Source of the DNA: an uncultured bacterium
GTDB lineage: Bacteria; Zixibacteria; MSB-5A5; UBA10806
Direction of reading: 5' to 3'
Assembly: GCA_965541585.1 (NCBI GenBank)
Contig: CBEUCH010000003.1
Location: 128,001-192,000 of the forward strand
Length of the DNA stretch: 64,000 nucleotides
Shown: piece by piece, positions 1 to 9,340 of the stretch
Numbering within the stretch: position 1 is the first letter of the stretch
Layout: the number at the start of each line of letters is the position of its first letter
Notes under the pieces: generated by a model
Database searches by the model: none
What the model saw: the letters and a program-made list of their open reading frames with translations, nothing else
What the model was told of the DNA's origin: nothing
Position numbers and translations under genes: made by a program

Positions 1-2
1 AC

Positions 3-1241
3 GGATTCGGGACGTATCCTCAGAATTCCCAGAAACTGGCTGAGGATCTCATCGCTCTGGCCGATGCCTCCGTTGATTTCTCTCAGTTTGATAACGACCT
101 CGACGGCACTGTTGATGGTTTAATTATAGCACACGCAGGGCCGGGTGCGGAGCTTTCGGGCCAGACCACCGATATCTGGTCGCACAAATGGTCTATAACG
201 CCTCAGTTGAGGGACGGTGTCTGGATCTCTACGTATTGCATAAATCCCGAATATTGGATAACACCGGGCGATATTACTCTGGGCGTTTACTGCCATGAAC
301 TGGGTCATGTTCTGGGTCTTCCCGATCTCTATGATACCGATAATTCATCGAGGGGAATTGGTAGATGGAGCTTAATGGCCAGCGGAAGCTGGAACGGCTC
401 TTTAGGCGCGTCCCCGGCGCATCTTGATGCCTGGTCAAAATTATTCCTTGGTTTTTTGAGCCCTAATATTCCCTCATTCGACCAATACGGAGTGAGTTTT
501 CCCCAGGTGGAGACAAATCAGACCATCTACAAACTCTGGACTAACGGCGCCCCGATATCTGAATATTTTCTCGTCGAGAATCGTCAGCAGGTGGGGTATG
601 ACGCGTTTCTACCGTCATCGGGCATGCTGATCTGGCATATCGATAATGACATACTCAATAACGATAGCGAATGGTATCCCGGTTATACGAGTTTCGGCCA
701 CTATAAAGTGGCTCTCGAGCAGGCTGACGGCCTCTGGGAGATGGAACAAAATACTGATTATGGCAACTCAGGAGATCCTTATCCGGGTAGCACCGTAAAC
801 AGAACTTTCTCCGGGGTCTCGACGCCAAATTCAGACGCTTATTCCGGAACACCGACACAGGTTGAGGTTAGCAATATCAGTAACTCCATGGCAACCATGA
901 CTGCCGATGTCATCATTGGATCACCGCAAAACATTGCAGACGAAGGTGATGGCCTGCTCCCGGAGCGGGTACGGCTACTGGGAAACGTCCCCAATCCATT
1001 TAATCCTGAAACCATTATCAATTTTGAAGTTACTGCAGAGACTGCGATTAAGCTTGAGATCTTCAATTTGAACGGACAACAGATAAGGACTCTTGCCGAT
1101 CAATCTCTGTCGGCAGGGCTCTACAGGATGGCGTGGGATGGTAAAGATTCGATGAAAGGAGATGTCAGTTCAGGGATATATTTCTATAGATTGAGCTATC
1201 CCGGCAATGCTGTGGCGCAAAAAATGTTGAAACTAAAGTGA
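3..1241 (+). CDS. M6-family (immune inhibitor A-like) zinc metalloprotease with C-terminal FlgD/T9SS-like sorting domain; 5'-truncated by the window edge
   Basis: Frame is open from position 3 (GFGTYPQNSQKLAEDLIALAD...FDNDLDGTVDGLIIAHAGPGAE). Motifs HELGHVLGLPDLYD, WSLMASGSWNG and EYFLVENRQ. Tail NVPNPFNPET...SSGIYFYRL...KMLKLK. Confidence 0.9.
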   Translation, partial: GFGTYPQNSQKLAEDLIALADASVDFSQFDNDLDGTVDGLIIAHAGPGAELSGQTTDIWSHKWSITPQLRDGVWISTYCINPEYWITPGDITLGVYCHELGHVLGLPDLYDTDNSSRGIGRWSLMASGSWNGSLGASPAHLDAWSKLFLGFLSPNIPSFDQYGVSFPQVETNQTIYKLWTNGAPISEYFLVENRQQVGYDAFLPSSGMLIWHIDNDILNNDSEWYPGYTSFGHYKVALEQADGLWEMEQNTDYGNSGDPYPGSTVNRTFSGVSTPNSDAYSGTPTQVEVSNISNSMATMTADVIIGSPQNIADEGDGLLPERVRLLGNVPNPFNPETIINFEVTAETAIKLEIFNLNGQQIRTLADQSLSAGLYRMAWDGKDSMKGDVSSGIYFYRLSYPGNAVAQKMLKLK

Positions 1242-1273
1242 TGTTTGTGAGGGACTTAAAGGAGGCGGTTGAA

Positions 1274-1475
1274 GTGAAGGGTCAAACTCAACTCGATCAG
1301 GTAGAATCCGAGGATTCACCCGGTAATATCAATTATATCGAGGGGGGGGGAGAAGAGCCAGAAGGTCAATAAGGAGCGAATAGAGAGGCTCAAGAAGGCC
1401 TTCAGGCCCAGCAGGTTGCATGGTATTGTTGAAATCCAGGATGAAAGAAATCAAAGGAAAAAAACAACCAAATAA
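1274..1475 (+). other. Possible small CDS interrupted by a G9 tract (1342-1350)
   Basis: AAGGAGG at 1259-1265, then GTG at 1274. The frame stops at 1372; removing one G extends it to TAA at 1473-1475. Confidence 0.4.
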
Positions 1476-1505
1476 TACTTGACTTTTAAAAAGGAGGGCT
1501 TAATC

Positions 1506-1691
1506 ATGAAGAAGTGGGTTGTTGCAACTGCGGCGATCTTCGCCATGAGTGTGGTGGTTTCCGGGATCGCCGGATGCGGAGCGAAACTTCCGACCAAGTC
1601 GGAATCTGGTGATGGTAATGCGCAGGAGACCAAAACGGTGGTTACCATGGAGATTATCGAAGACGACGGAAACGAAATATTGATCGATTGA
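1506..1691 (+). CDS. Small predicted lipoprotein (61 aa)
   Basis: AAGGAGG at 1491-1497. MKK, a hydrophobic stretch and lipobox IAGC, then an acidic C-terminus. Confidence 0.75.
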   Translation: MKKWVVATAAIFAMSVVVSGIAGCGAKLPTKSESGDGNAQETKTVVTMEIIEDDGNEILID

Positions 1692-1769
1692 TCTTGAGAT
1701 GACGCGGTATTTTACCCTTGAATGTCTTCCACCCCCTCCAGAAGATATTTGAGGTTGATCCCGCTCGCC

Positions 1770-1797
1770 GGCCCTCTCACAAGAGAGGGCCTTTTTT
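1770..1797 (+). terminator. Rho-independent terminator
   Basis: GGCCCTCTC-ACAA-GAGAGGGCC followed by T6. Confidence 0.85.
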
Positions 1798-1811
1798 ATG
1801 TTAGGTTGGCT

Positions 1812-2789
1812 TTACGGGATTGAGCTCTTAAAGACGAACCTGACAGGATAGACTATCCACACGGGGAGCCTCTCTCCATTGGTTTCCGCAGGCGTATATC
1901 TGCTTTTCAAAGCAGCCTCCAGGGCCGATTCGTCGAATCCCATACCGGAAACGCTGCTGGAGAGGATCAGAGCTTCAGCGACTTTCCCGTTTTCATCGAT
2001 TCGGGCCTTTACCCATACAACTCCTGATATCCCTCTTTTCTTGGCCCAGACAGGATATTCCGGCAACACAACGTCAACAGGGACGGGCATCTTTTCCACC
2101 GTGACCAACATACTACTCGGCGTCTCCGCCGATCGAATCATCCCGGTATCCACTACGACCCTGGAAAGCGAGGCTCTCGTCTGCTGGGATAATACAGGTA
2201 CAGCCTCATCAGTCAGGTATACAGCATCGATATTGATTGATTCGGGAGCAGGCCTGGCTACTGGTTCGGGGAGTATGGAGAAGGATTCGACTGCCTGATC
2301 CTCACTTTCCGCTATTCTCGCGGGTGCCATTGCATTCTTTTTTGCCCCTTCCTGAGGACGCAGACGGATATCAAGTCTGTCGTATTCTTTCTCTGCCATC
2401 GTGGACGGTTTCTCTCCCCGGCCCCTCTGTAAAGTCGGATCTCCCAGATCGGAAATAGAGAATACCAGAAATATGACAATTGCTGCCGCCAAACCGACTG
2501 ATGCAGCCATTCTGAATATATACTTGCGGTCCACGGTTTCGGCCGTCCGGGTCGAATTCTGGACTCGGATTTTTCCCATTACGGCGTCATCGAATGCTAA
2601 TGCATCGATGGAGGAAATCGCCTTCCGGTCGGCTCTGCTTGATTCCCGAAGCGCATTGATGGTCTCAAGCGCCCGACTGCAGGCCGCACACCCCTCGAGA
2701 TGTAAGGACACAGCTTCCCTCTCGGCCGCGGAGAGTTCGCCATCAGGATATTCCCAGAGCAGTTTTTCAATTTTGTTGCATTCACTCAC
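1812..2789 (-). CDS. Zinc-binding anti-sigma factor (zf-HC2/ZAS) with TM helix, fused to a TonB C-terminal domain
   Basis: N-terminal HLEGCAAC (HxxxCxxC). TM segment MAASVGLAAAIVIFLVFSI. C-terminal PEYPVWAKKRGISGVVWVKARIDENGKV...GFDESALEAA...PVRF. Overlaps the sigma gene by 4 nt. Confidence 0.85.
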   Translation of the reverse strand: MSECNKIEKLLWEYPDGELSAAEREAVSLHLEGCAACSRALETINALRESSRADRKAISSIDALAFDDAVMGKIRVQNSTRTAETVDRKYIFRMAASVGLAAAIVIFLVFSISDLGDPTLQRGRGEKPSTMAEKEYDRLDIRLRPQEGAKKNAMAPARIAESEDQAVESFSILPEPVARPAPESINIDAVYLTDEAVPVLSQQTRASLSRVVVDTGMIRSAETPSSMLVTVEKMPVPVDVVLPEYPVWAKKRGISGVVWVKARIDENGKVAEALILSSSVSGMGFDESALEAALKSRYTPAETNGERLPVWIVYPVRFVFKSSIP

Positions 2790-3343
2790 GATTCTTCACC
2801 CCGCTCCAGCATTTCGGTAAGTTTCTCCCTCGCGCGATACAGGCGGGACATGACGGTGCCCATTCTGATCTTGAGCGCCGCGGCTATCTCCTCGTATGAA
2901 TAATCTGCGTAAGCTCTCAACACAATGACCTCTTTGAGCTTTTCGGGAAGCTGCTCGATAGCATTTTCAACCGATTCCACCTGCCTCTTCTTCTCATACG
3001 AAGTATCGGCAGAGACCTGCGTTCGGTCGATGTCCGTATCGCTGATCTCGCGAAATCTCCTCTTAAACCTCGTTCTACTGCGAAGCCGGTCGCGGCATTC
3101 GTTGATTGTGATGCCTGCCGCCCAGGCCACAAATCCCCGTGCCGGATCGTATTTCTTGAGGTGCAGGTAAATCTTGACAAAACTGTCCTGTGCCGCTTCC
3201 TCGGCCTCGGTTTGATTCTTCAGCATCCGCAGGCAAATCGCCAGAATCTTCTGCCTGTATCGTTCCAGAATCTCGCGGAAGGCTCTCTCATCGCCTTCCG
3301 ACGCCAGGACGGCCAGTTCGCCGTCGGTTATTTCCTTTGACAA
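2786..3343 (-). CDS. ECF RNA polymerase sigma-70 factor
   Basis: 185 aa. Region 2 AEEAAQDSFVKIY and region 4 YSYEEIAAALKIRMGTVMSRLYRAR. TTG start. Confidence 0.93.
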   Translation of the reverse strand: MSKEITDGELAVLASEGDERAFREILERYRQKILAICLRMLKNQTEAEEAAQDSFVKIYLHLKKYDPARGFVAWAAGITINECRDRLRSRTRFKRRFREISDTDIDRTQVSADTSYEKKRQVESVENAIEQLPEKLKEVIVLRAYADYSYEEIAAALKIRMGTVMSRLYRAREKLTEMLERGEES

Positions 3344-3362
3344 TTCCCGTCCTTATTTAATA

Positions 3363-3387
3363 TACGTCCGCACGTTGCAAATATTCC
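3363..3387 (-). promoter_or_regulatory. Candidate ECF autoregulatory promoter
   Basis: Minus strand reads GGAAT-N16-CGTA, about 20 nt upstream of the sigma start codon. Confidence 0.45.
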
Positions 3388-3614
3388 AAAAACGAAACCG
3401 TTGGGTCGAACTCTCTGACAATCATGCCCTTTCCAGGCGGAATTTGGGAGAAAGAGCTTCTAAAGGCAACTTCAATCTTTATGGAAAGTCTTTATATTGT
3501 GTTTTCGAACTAAGAAACTGAATTAGATTATAGCAATGAGGGTGTCCGGTACTTAGCCCCGACGCAGCATAAATCGACAACGTTGGAACGGAAATATAAT
3601 TAATCTGAGTTTTG

Positions 3615-6600
3615 CTATTTTCGGTTGGCCGATCCCCAGGCCTTGACGCTTTCCACGAAGGCGCCCAACATAACCAGTTCATTTTCTCCGCTGTCCCCTT
3701 CGTAGGCGATATTCAACCATGGGAGTCCCTTGTTATCTTCAGATACTCGAGATGAAATGGCGTTTATTATATTGCCGGGCATACATGTAAACGGCAAAGT
3801 GTTGACGATGCCGGAGCAGCCCTTTTTATACATATCGATGGCCTTTCCTATGGCGGGCATCGCCTCTCCGCCAACACTGATGGGGAGGTATGGCATGGCA
3901 TTCTCAAGCTGTTCGGACATGGGGGTCTCGATCTCTCCATTCAAGCTTTGCTTGATATGGCGCAGGATCAGCCTGTCGTCTTTTTTCTGGAAGTAATCCT
4001 GCAAATAGGCATCGAGTAGATCGCGTAAAGATCGCTTCCTGAAAGAATCGTCCTTATACGTGGTGGTCGTATAATGAATCCATTCGGTGAAATTGGCCAG
4101 GTCGACCTCTACTCCGAGCGACTCCAGCTTCTCCACCAGATGATTATTGGAGAACCTGTTATTCCGAATATAGATCTCGCCGACGACTCCGACTACCGGC
4201 AGGTGATCGCCATTATGGTTGATGATTTCCACGAAGCTGAAGAAAGCGTCCCTGACGATCTCCGGCAGCTTTTCTCCGCCGTTTTCTATATCTCTGACCG
4301 CTTCATCGAGATATTGACGATAGATTCTATTGGCTGCCCCGGATTCCTTTTCTCGCGGCCTGGATTTCAATAGAAATTTCTGGAAGTGATCCACGGCCAG
4401 AAAACCTTTCCATGCCAGGCGACGGAAATTGCCGTTTGTTTCGGGGATTTGGGCGTAAGAATCATCAGAGTTGGGAGAATAAATCGGGACATCCCCGTAA
4501 CCTAAATTTTCTAAAAGCTGTTTATGAAGATGGTGATATTGGCCGAATCGACAGGGCCCACCGGATGTCGGCATGAAAAAGGCGACTCGTTCGGGATCAA
4601 CTTCGGGTTTCTCGAGCTCGCGCGCCAGATCGCCGGAGGTCAGCAATGCGGGGTAGCACTCTCTTCCGCCTGTTAGCTTTCTTCCCAACTCCAGCGACCT
4701 GCTGTCTGTTTCGGCCAGCACATCGGCATCCACCCCGCAGGCCCTGAAGGCGGCGGCAAAGGTTTCGGCATGGTCAGCCATTCGAGGAATCAAGATCTTT
4801 CTCTTATAGCCGTTACCGCGAGCCAGCGGGACAGCTTCAACATACTTCTTATCCTTTTTGGGCAGACTGTCTAAGAACGCCTCGCATCTGGTAATGATGC
4901 CCGCATCGGCAGAATGTTCATCCAGCTCCAGGATCATATGGGGCTTCGAGCCTATTATCCGCTTGAAATGATGAATGATAAATGAATCCGGCCCGCAACT
5001 GAAATTACTGACGTAAATGGGGAAGAGGCCGGGTGTATCCTTGGCCAGTTTTGCCGCCCTTAAGATTCTGCGGCCGCTCTGCCAGTATATAAAGGCAAAA
5101 TCGTCCTGCGGCAATTCCGCCATATCAAACGGGATCACGAGCGCTCCCAGATCGGTCAATTTCTGAGCTAAATCCATCGATACACCGGGGTCGAAGCTAT
5201 TATAATGTCTGCCTATCAGTAATACGGTCGGTTTTTCGGGGGATACCTGCCCGAGAAATTCCCGCCCTTCTTCTACGAGGTCTTTTTTGTATTCTTCGAA
5301 AGCAATGAGCGCCGAATCCAATGCTTTCTTGATCTCCCTGCGCTTAAAACCGTATTCCTTCAGCTCACTATATAATGATCTGGTGACGGCGGCGGTGCCC
5401 TCATCGAATCGGACAATAGGCTTAACCACCTTCATATTGCCCATGCGGTTTTGTAAAGCCGAGATCGCCATAAAAGGAAACGCCTGGATATAAGGGCAAA
5501 AGTAGTTCATGGTGCCTTTGGGCGGTTCATCGGTTCCGGTTATTATGGATGGCAAGAATATAAAATCGAGTTCACGCCTTGATAGATCGAGCATATGTCC
5601 GTGAGCTACTTTTACCGGAAAGCAGGTCTCAGCCCCGACCGATTCGGCCCCTTCCTTGACTATGCCGCCGGTGCTTTTTCTCGAGATAACTACCTTGCAT
5701 CCCAGTTGTGCAAAAAACCGTCGCCATAGATACAGGTATTCCCAGTTGGCCAGAGCGCGCGGAATTCCGATAGTCAGCTTGCGAGCGCTGACTACTCTGG
5801 GCGGCGATGTTAGAAAACGTTTGTTGCGGATCGCCACAGGATTGGGATGGATGTCTTTAATTCCACGTTCGGCATCGTATTTTTCGCATCGCGAACCGTA
5901 ATAAAGCTCCCTGCCGCTGTCGTTGATCCTGGTGATATTGCACATATTGGCGCAGTCTTCGCAGAGAAAGGTCTCCTGGTGAATCTTGCGTCTTGCGATT
6001 TCGAATCCCTTGAAACTCGTCTTTTGAACTCCACTTCTCTTGGCCAGCAACGCCGCTCCAACCGCCCCGGTTACGTCATGATGCGGAGGCACGATGATCT
6101 CTTTGCCCAAAACCGTTTCAAAAGCCGCTATCACGGCCTTATTCCAGGCGACCCCACCCTGGAAGAGGATTTTATTTCCTATCCTCTTTCGTCCGACGAC
6201 CTTATTGAGGTAATTATGAACGACGGCGAATGCCAGCCCGGCGGCTATCTCGTTCTTCTCGGCGCCGCTCTGCTCGAACCTCATCAGATCGGACTCCATG
6301 AAAACGGTGCATCTCTCGCCGCATGCGACCGGGCTTTGAGCCGCAAAGGATAGATTTGCGAAATCGGTCTTGATATTGATTGCCAGCCTTTCGGCCTGTT
6401 CCTCGAGGAAGGATCCGGTGCCCGCAGCGCAGGCGCGGTTCATCTCGAAATCGACTACCACCCCGTTTTCCAGACTGATGAATTTAGAATCCTGCCCGCC
6501 TATTTCGAAGATTGTATCGGCCTCGGGTACAAACATGGTCCCGCCGGTAGCCTGGGCCGTGATTTCGTTTCGGATAACGTCTGCGCCGACAAGCTCGCCG

Positions 6601-7763
6601 ATTAAATATCTCCCGGATCCGGTAGTGGCCACACCCAGAACCTCGAAATCTTCAGCGATCTCACCTCTTATCTCTTCCAATCCCTGCTGCATAATCTCGA
6701 TCGGCCGGCCGGCGGTCATGAGATACCGTCTGGAAATGACCTCATTATCAGGACTCATCAGCACCAGGTTGGTAGAAAGCGATCCAATATCGATGCCGAG
6801 ATAACCCCGTTTCAGATCCGGGCGAGGTTTTTCTTCGGCTCTGGTTTTTTCAAAATATTTGCTGGATGGGTATTGAAAGTCCAGACTATCCGTGCGTGGC
6901 ATATTTGAAACGAAGAGCGTCTTTGCCTTGGCCCCGATTTCTTTGAGTCGGGCAGTATCGATCTTGAAGTCGCCAGCCATGATTGCTCCCCCGATTGCCC
7001 CTGCCAGGTTATGCCAGGCGGGAAGGACAAAATCGGTATCTGCAAGCTCGAAGACTTCTTTGAAGGCTCTTATCACTCCCGGGTTCGAGCCAACCCCGCC
7101 CAGGAATATCACCGGAGTTTCGATCCGCTTGGTCTTGACTATGCTTCCTTTGAAATTCCTGGCGACCGCAAAGCATAAACCGGCAATTATGTCTCCGACC
7201 GGCACGCCCCGTTGTTGATGGTGAATCATATCGGATTTGGCGAAAACGGAGCATCGCCCGGCGATATGCGGCGGGTTTTCCGATTTGACGGCCAGCTCAC
7301 CGAACTCGTCCTCGATATTTATCCCTATCCTGGCCGCCTGCTGGTCGAGAAACGAACCGGTACCGGCGGCGCATAATCCGCTGGCGGCAAAATCATCCAG
7401 CGTGGAAACGATGCTTTCACCGGCAGGGGAGAGGTGAATATATTTTGCCTGCTGCCCGCCCATCTCGAAAATAGTCCGGGCATCCGGGGCAAGCTTGCCA
7501 ACTGTCGCGCTGATTGCGGAGAATTCGTTGATATACGGCGCACCCAGCGATCTGGCCAGTTGCGACGCGCCGCCACCCGTGAGGCCCCATGATGACAGCC
7601 CAGAGTACTTATCATTCAGACGCGCTATTTCAAATGTGGCGCAGTCTATCGGGTTGCCTCTGTGACGGACATAGATCGATTCGACAATATTCAGATCGTC
7701 GTCCAGAATTACGGCCGAGATGGATACCGAGCCGATGTCAATGCCAAGTCGCAAGCGATTCAT
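3615..7763 (-). CDS. Multidomain acyl-CoA dehydratase-activase protein (two ASKHA activase domains plus DUF2229/reductase-dehydratase-like domains); PlsA/Ger-like
   Basis: Two GIDIGS...GGQ(Q/D)xK...CAAGTGSFL...RC(S/T)VF units. Cys linker CEDCANMC. Downstream motifs ETCFPVKVAHGH, FSCGPDSF, LELDEHSADAG, ECYP, GPCRFGQY and PFTCMPG. Confidence 0.88.
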   Translation of the reverse strand: MNRLRLGIDIGSVSISAVILDDDLNIVESIYVRHRGNPIDCATFEIARLNDKYSGLSSWGLTGGGASQLARSLGAPYINEFSAISATVGKLAPDARTIFEMGGQQAKYIHLSPAGESIVSTLDDFAASGLCAAGTGSFLDQQAARIGINIEDEFGELAVKSENPPHIAGRCSVFAKSDMIHHQQRGVPVGDIIAGLCFAVARNFKGSIVKTKRIETPVIFLGGVGSNPGVIRAFKEVFELADTDFVLPAWHNLAGAIGGAIMAGDFKIDTARLKEIGAKAKTLFVSNMPRTDSLDFQYPSSKYFEKTRAEEKPRPDLKRGYLGIDIGSLSTNLVLMSPDNEVISRRYLMTAGRPIEIMQQGLEEIRGEIAEDFEVLGVATTGSGRYLIGELVGADVIRNEITAQATGGTMFVPEADTIFEIGGQDSKFISLENGVVVDFEMNRACAAGTGSFLEEQAERLAINIKTDFANLSFAAQSPVACGERCTVFMESDLMRFEQSGAEKNEIAAGLAFAVVHNYLNKVVGRKRIGNKILFQGGVAWNKAVIAAFETVLGKEIIVPPHHDVTGAVGAALLAKRSGVQKTSFKGFEIARRKIHQETFLCEDCANMCNITRINDSGRELYYGSRCEKYDAERGIKDIHPNPVAIRNKRFLTSPPRVVSARKLTIGIPRALANWEYLYLWRRFFAQLGCKVVISRKSTGGIVKEGAESVGAETCFPVKVAHGHMLDLSRRELDFIFLPSIITGTDEPPKGTMNYFCPYIQAFPFMAISALQNRMGNMKVVKPIVRFDEGTAAVTRSLYSELKEYGFKRREIKKALDSALIAFEEYKKDLVEEGREFLGQVSPEKPTVLLIGRHYNSFDPGVSMDLAQKLTDLGALVIPFDMAELPQDDFAFIYWQSGRRILRAAKLAKDTPGLFPIYVSNFSCGPDSFIIHHFKRIIGSKPHMILELDEHSADAGIITRCEAFLDSLPKKDKKYVEAVPLARGNGYKRKILIPRMADHAETFAAAFRACGVDADVLAETDSRSLELGRKLTGGRECYPALLTSGDLARELEKPEVDPERVAFFMPTSGGPCRFGQYHHLHKQLLENLGYGDVPIYSPNSDDSYAQIPETNGNFRRLAWKGFLAVDHFQKFLLKSRPREKESGAANRIYRQYLDEAVRDIENGGEKLPEIVRDAFFSFVEIINHNGDHLPVVGVVGEIYIRNNRFSNNHLVEKLESLGVEVDLANFTEWIHYTTTTYKDDSFRKRSLRDLLDAYLQDYFQKKDDRLILRHIKQSLNGEIETPMSEQLENAMPYLPISVGGEAMPAIGKAIDMYKKGCSGIVNTLPFTCMPGNIINAISSRVSEDNKGLPWLNIAYEGDSGENELVMLGAFVESVKAWGSANRK

Positions 7764-7875
7764 TGAGCGGGAATATATAATAAGATTATGGAATTCTGCA
7801 AATAAAAAATGATGCTATGGAGTCTTATTTGTCGATGATTAAAAGACTTCGAGGGATTGATGAACAGGCTTTCGG

Positions 7876-8002
7876 TGTCATTCCCAACCCGATCGGGAAT
7901 CTACTCTTTGTCATGCCGGACTTGTCCATACGGATCCGTAGGAATCCGGCATCCATTCCCCGCATCCGCACCCTCTGGATTCCTGCTTCCGCAGGAATGA
8001 CA
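7876..8002. repeat. Cluster of three TGTC-tagged REP-like palindromes
   Basis: TGTCATTCCC...GGGAATCTA (7876-7903), TGTCATGCCGGA...TCCGGCATCCA (7909-7955) and an inverted copy TCTGGATTCCTGC...GCAGGAATGACA (7974-8002). Confidence 0.85.
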
Positions 8003-8090
8003 TGAGTATCGCTATTTCAAATACGACAATTTTATAACGACAGAATTATTATTATTTCCTGCTCTGGCGAAGTGGTCGGGGCGCTGATTC

Positions 8091-8984
8091 TTATTTGTTA
8101 AAATTCGCTTCATACCATTCCTGCCATTTTCTTTGAAAAGATAACAACTCTTCAGGAGAATCATCTGGATTGTATTTATAATTATCATCCATATTTCTTC
8201 CAGATGAAAGTCTTTGTAATGCCGACCAGGATACTCCTCTTATATATCTACTCGTATCAGTAATCTTGCTTATCAGAACGGGCAATGCCCGTTCGGGATC
8301 AGCGTATCGCAGCAACCGAATCGACTCTGCTTGAATTAATGGGCTGTTGCTTTGTATAAGCTTGAAAGCATAATCGCTTAGATCGTTAAGGATATTGTTC
8401 CTGTCAATACTAGCCTGATAATCAGGCGAAGGCTCATTTGACCAGATATGACCGCCTATAGCATATCGCAAAGCAATAGAATTTAACAAACTGTCCGATG
8501 AGTCAAGCCAGCCTCGAAGAATATCGACCCTATCGTTAATATCGGTTTTGGATTCGATGCGAAGTATCTGGTTCACGAGACCGGTAATACTTTCAACCGA
8601 AGCCCTTTCAAGAATACTGGAATATTCACCTATGGTATCTCGAGGCCACTTGGCGGTAGCACCAGCAGTCAGTTTGGCGATATCCGCTTCAATAGACATT
8701 AAAAATAGAAGTACATATTCGTCCTCGACAAAATCGACCTTGCCCCATGCAATCGTAGCGCGATTATTTATGGTTAACTCTTTCGGGTCCTTTCCCTTTA
8801 ACATTCGATCAGTAATCAGAATCGTTTTTCCATCTTTAAAGGTAATAGTCCCCGTAGCAATGATATCGGATTTAATTGCCAAATCGAGCAGGCCGCCCCC
8901 CCATACAGAAGTTGGAAAACTTCTTTGGGCTGTTACACATAGAACAAGAAAGATAATAATCCCAAAAATGATTCGACTTCTCAT
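8091..8984 (-). CDS. Exported hypothetical protein with HEAT-like repeats
   Basis: AGGAG RBS and a signal-peptide-like N-terminus. C-terminal helical repeats (ALPVLISKITDTSRYIRGVSWSALQRL...WQEWY). Visibly AT-richer than its neighbours. Confidence 0.7.
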   Translation of the reverse strand: MRSRIIFGIIIFLVLCVTAQRSFPTSVWGGGLLDLAIKSDIIATGTITFKDGKTILITDRMLKGKDPKELTINNRATIAWGKVDFVEDEYVLLFLMSIEADIAKLTAGATAKWPRDTIGEYSSILERASVESITGLVNQILRIESKTDINDRVDILRGWLDSSDSLLNSIALRYAIGGHIWSNEPSPDYQASIDRNNILNDLSDYAFKLIQSNSPLIQAESIRLLRYADPERALPVLISKITDTSRYIRGVSWSALQRLSSGRNMDDNYKYNPDDSPEELLSFQRKWQEWYEANFNK

Positions 8985-9340
8985 TGTAAAATTCTCCTAA
9001 TCAGTATGAACATTATTCATACGATGTTGTTCCCCAGGGTTACCCCAGTCGAAATCATGATTATCATTCATATTATTATCGACGGTATTAGAGGTTTCCG
9101 CTTCAATAGGATGCATTCCGGTGTACATAGGGTTGGGCAGAGGCCAGCCATTAGGCCAATGGGGATAATTTGGATGGCAAAACTAACATGATAAGCTTTG
9201 AGGACTCTCATTTCAAATAACTCCATGGTGAAAGTTCTAATATAAATGTATGAAATAGTCGCTATTTGTCAAGATATTCAAAGGCAACGACGTTCAAATT
9301 CCCTTTGTCCAAGCGGTGGGAATATCATATATATCTGACT

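Noticed and set aside
7817..8005. 62-aa ORF, and the 23-codon N-terminal extension of GIY-YIG (32476-32544)
   Set aside because: Both are translations of REP palindromes.
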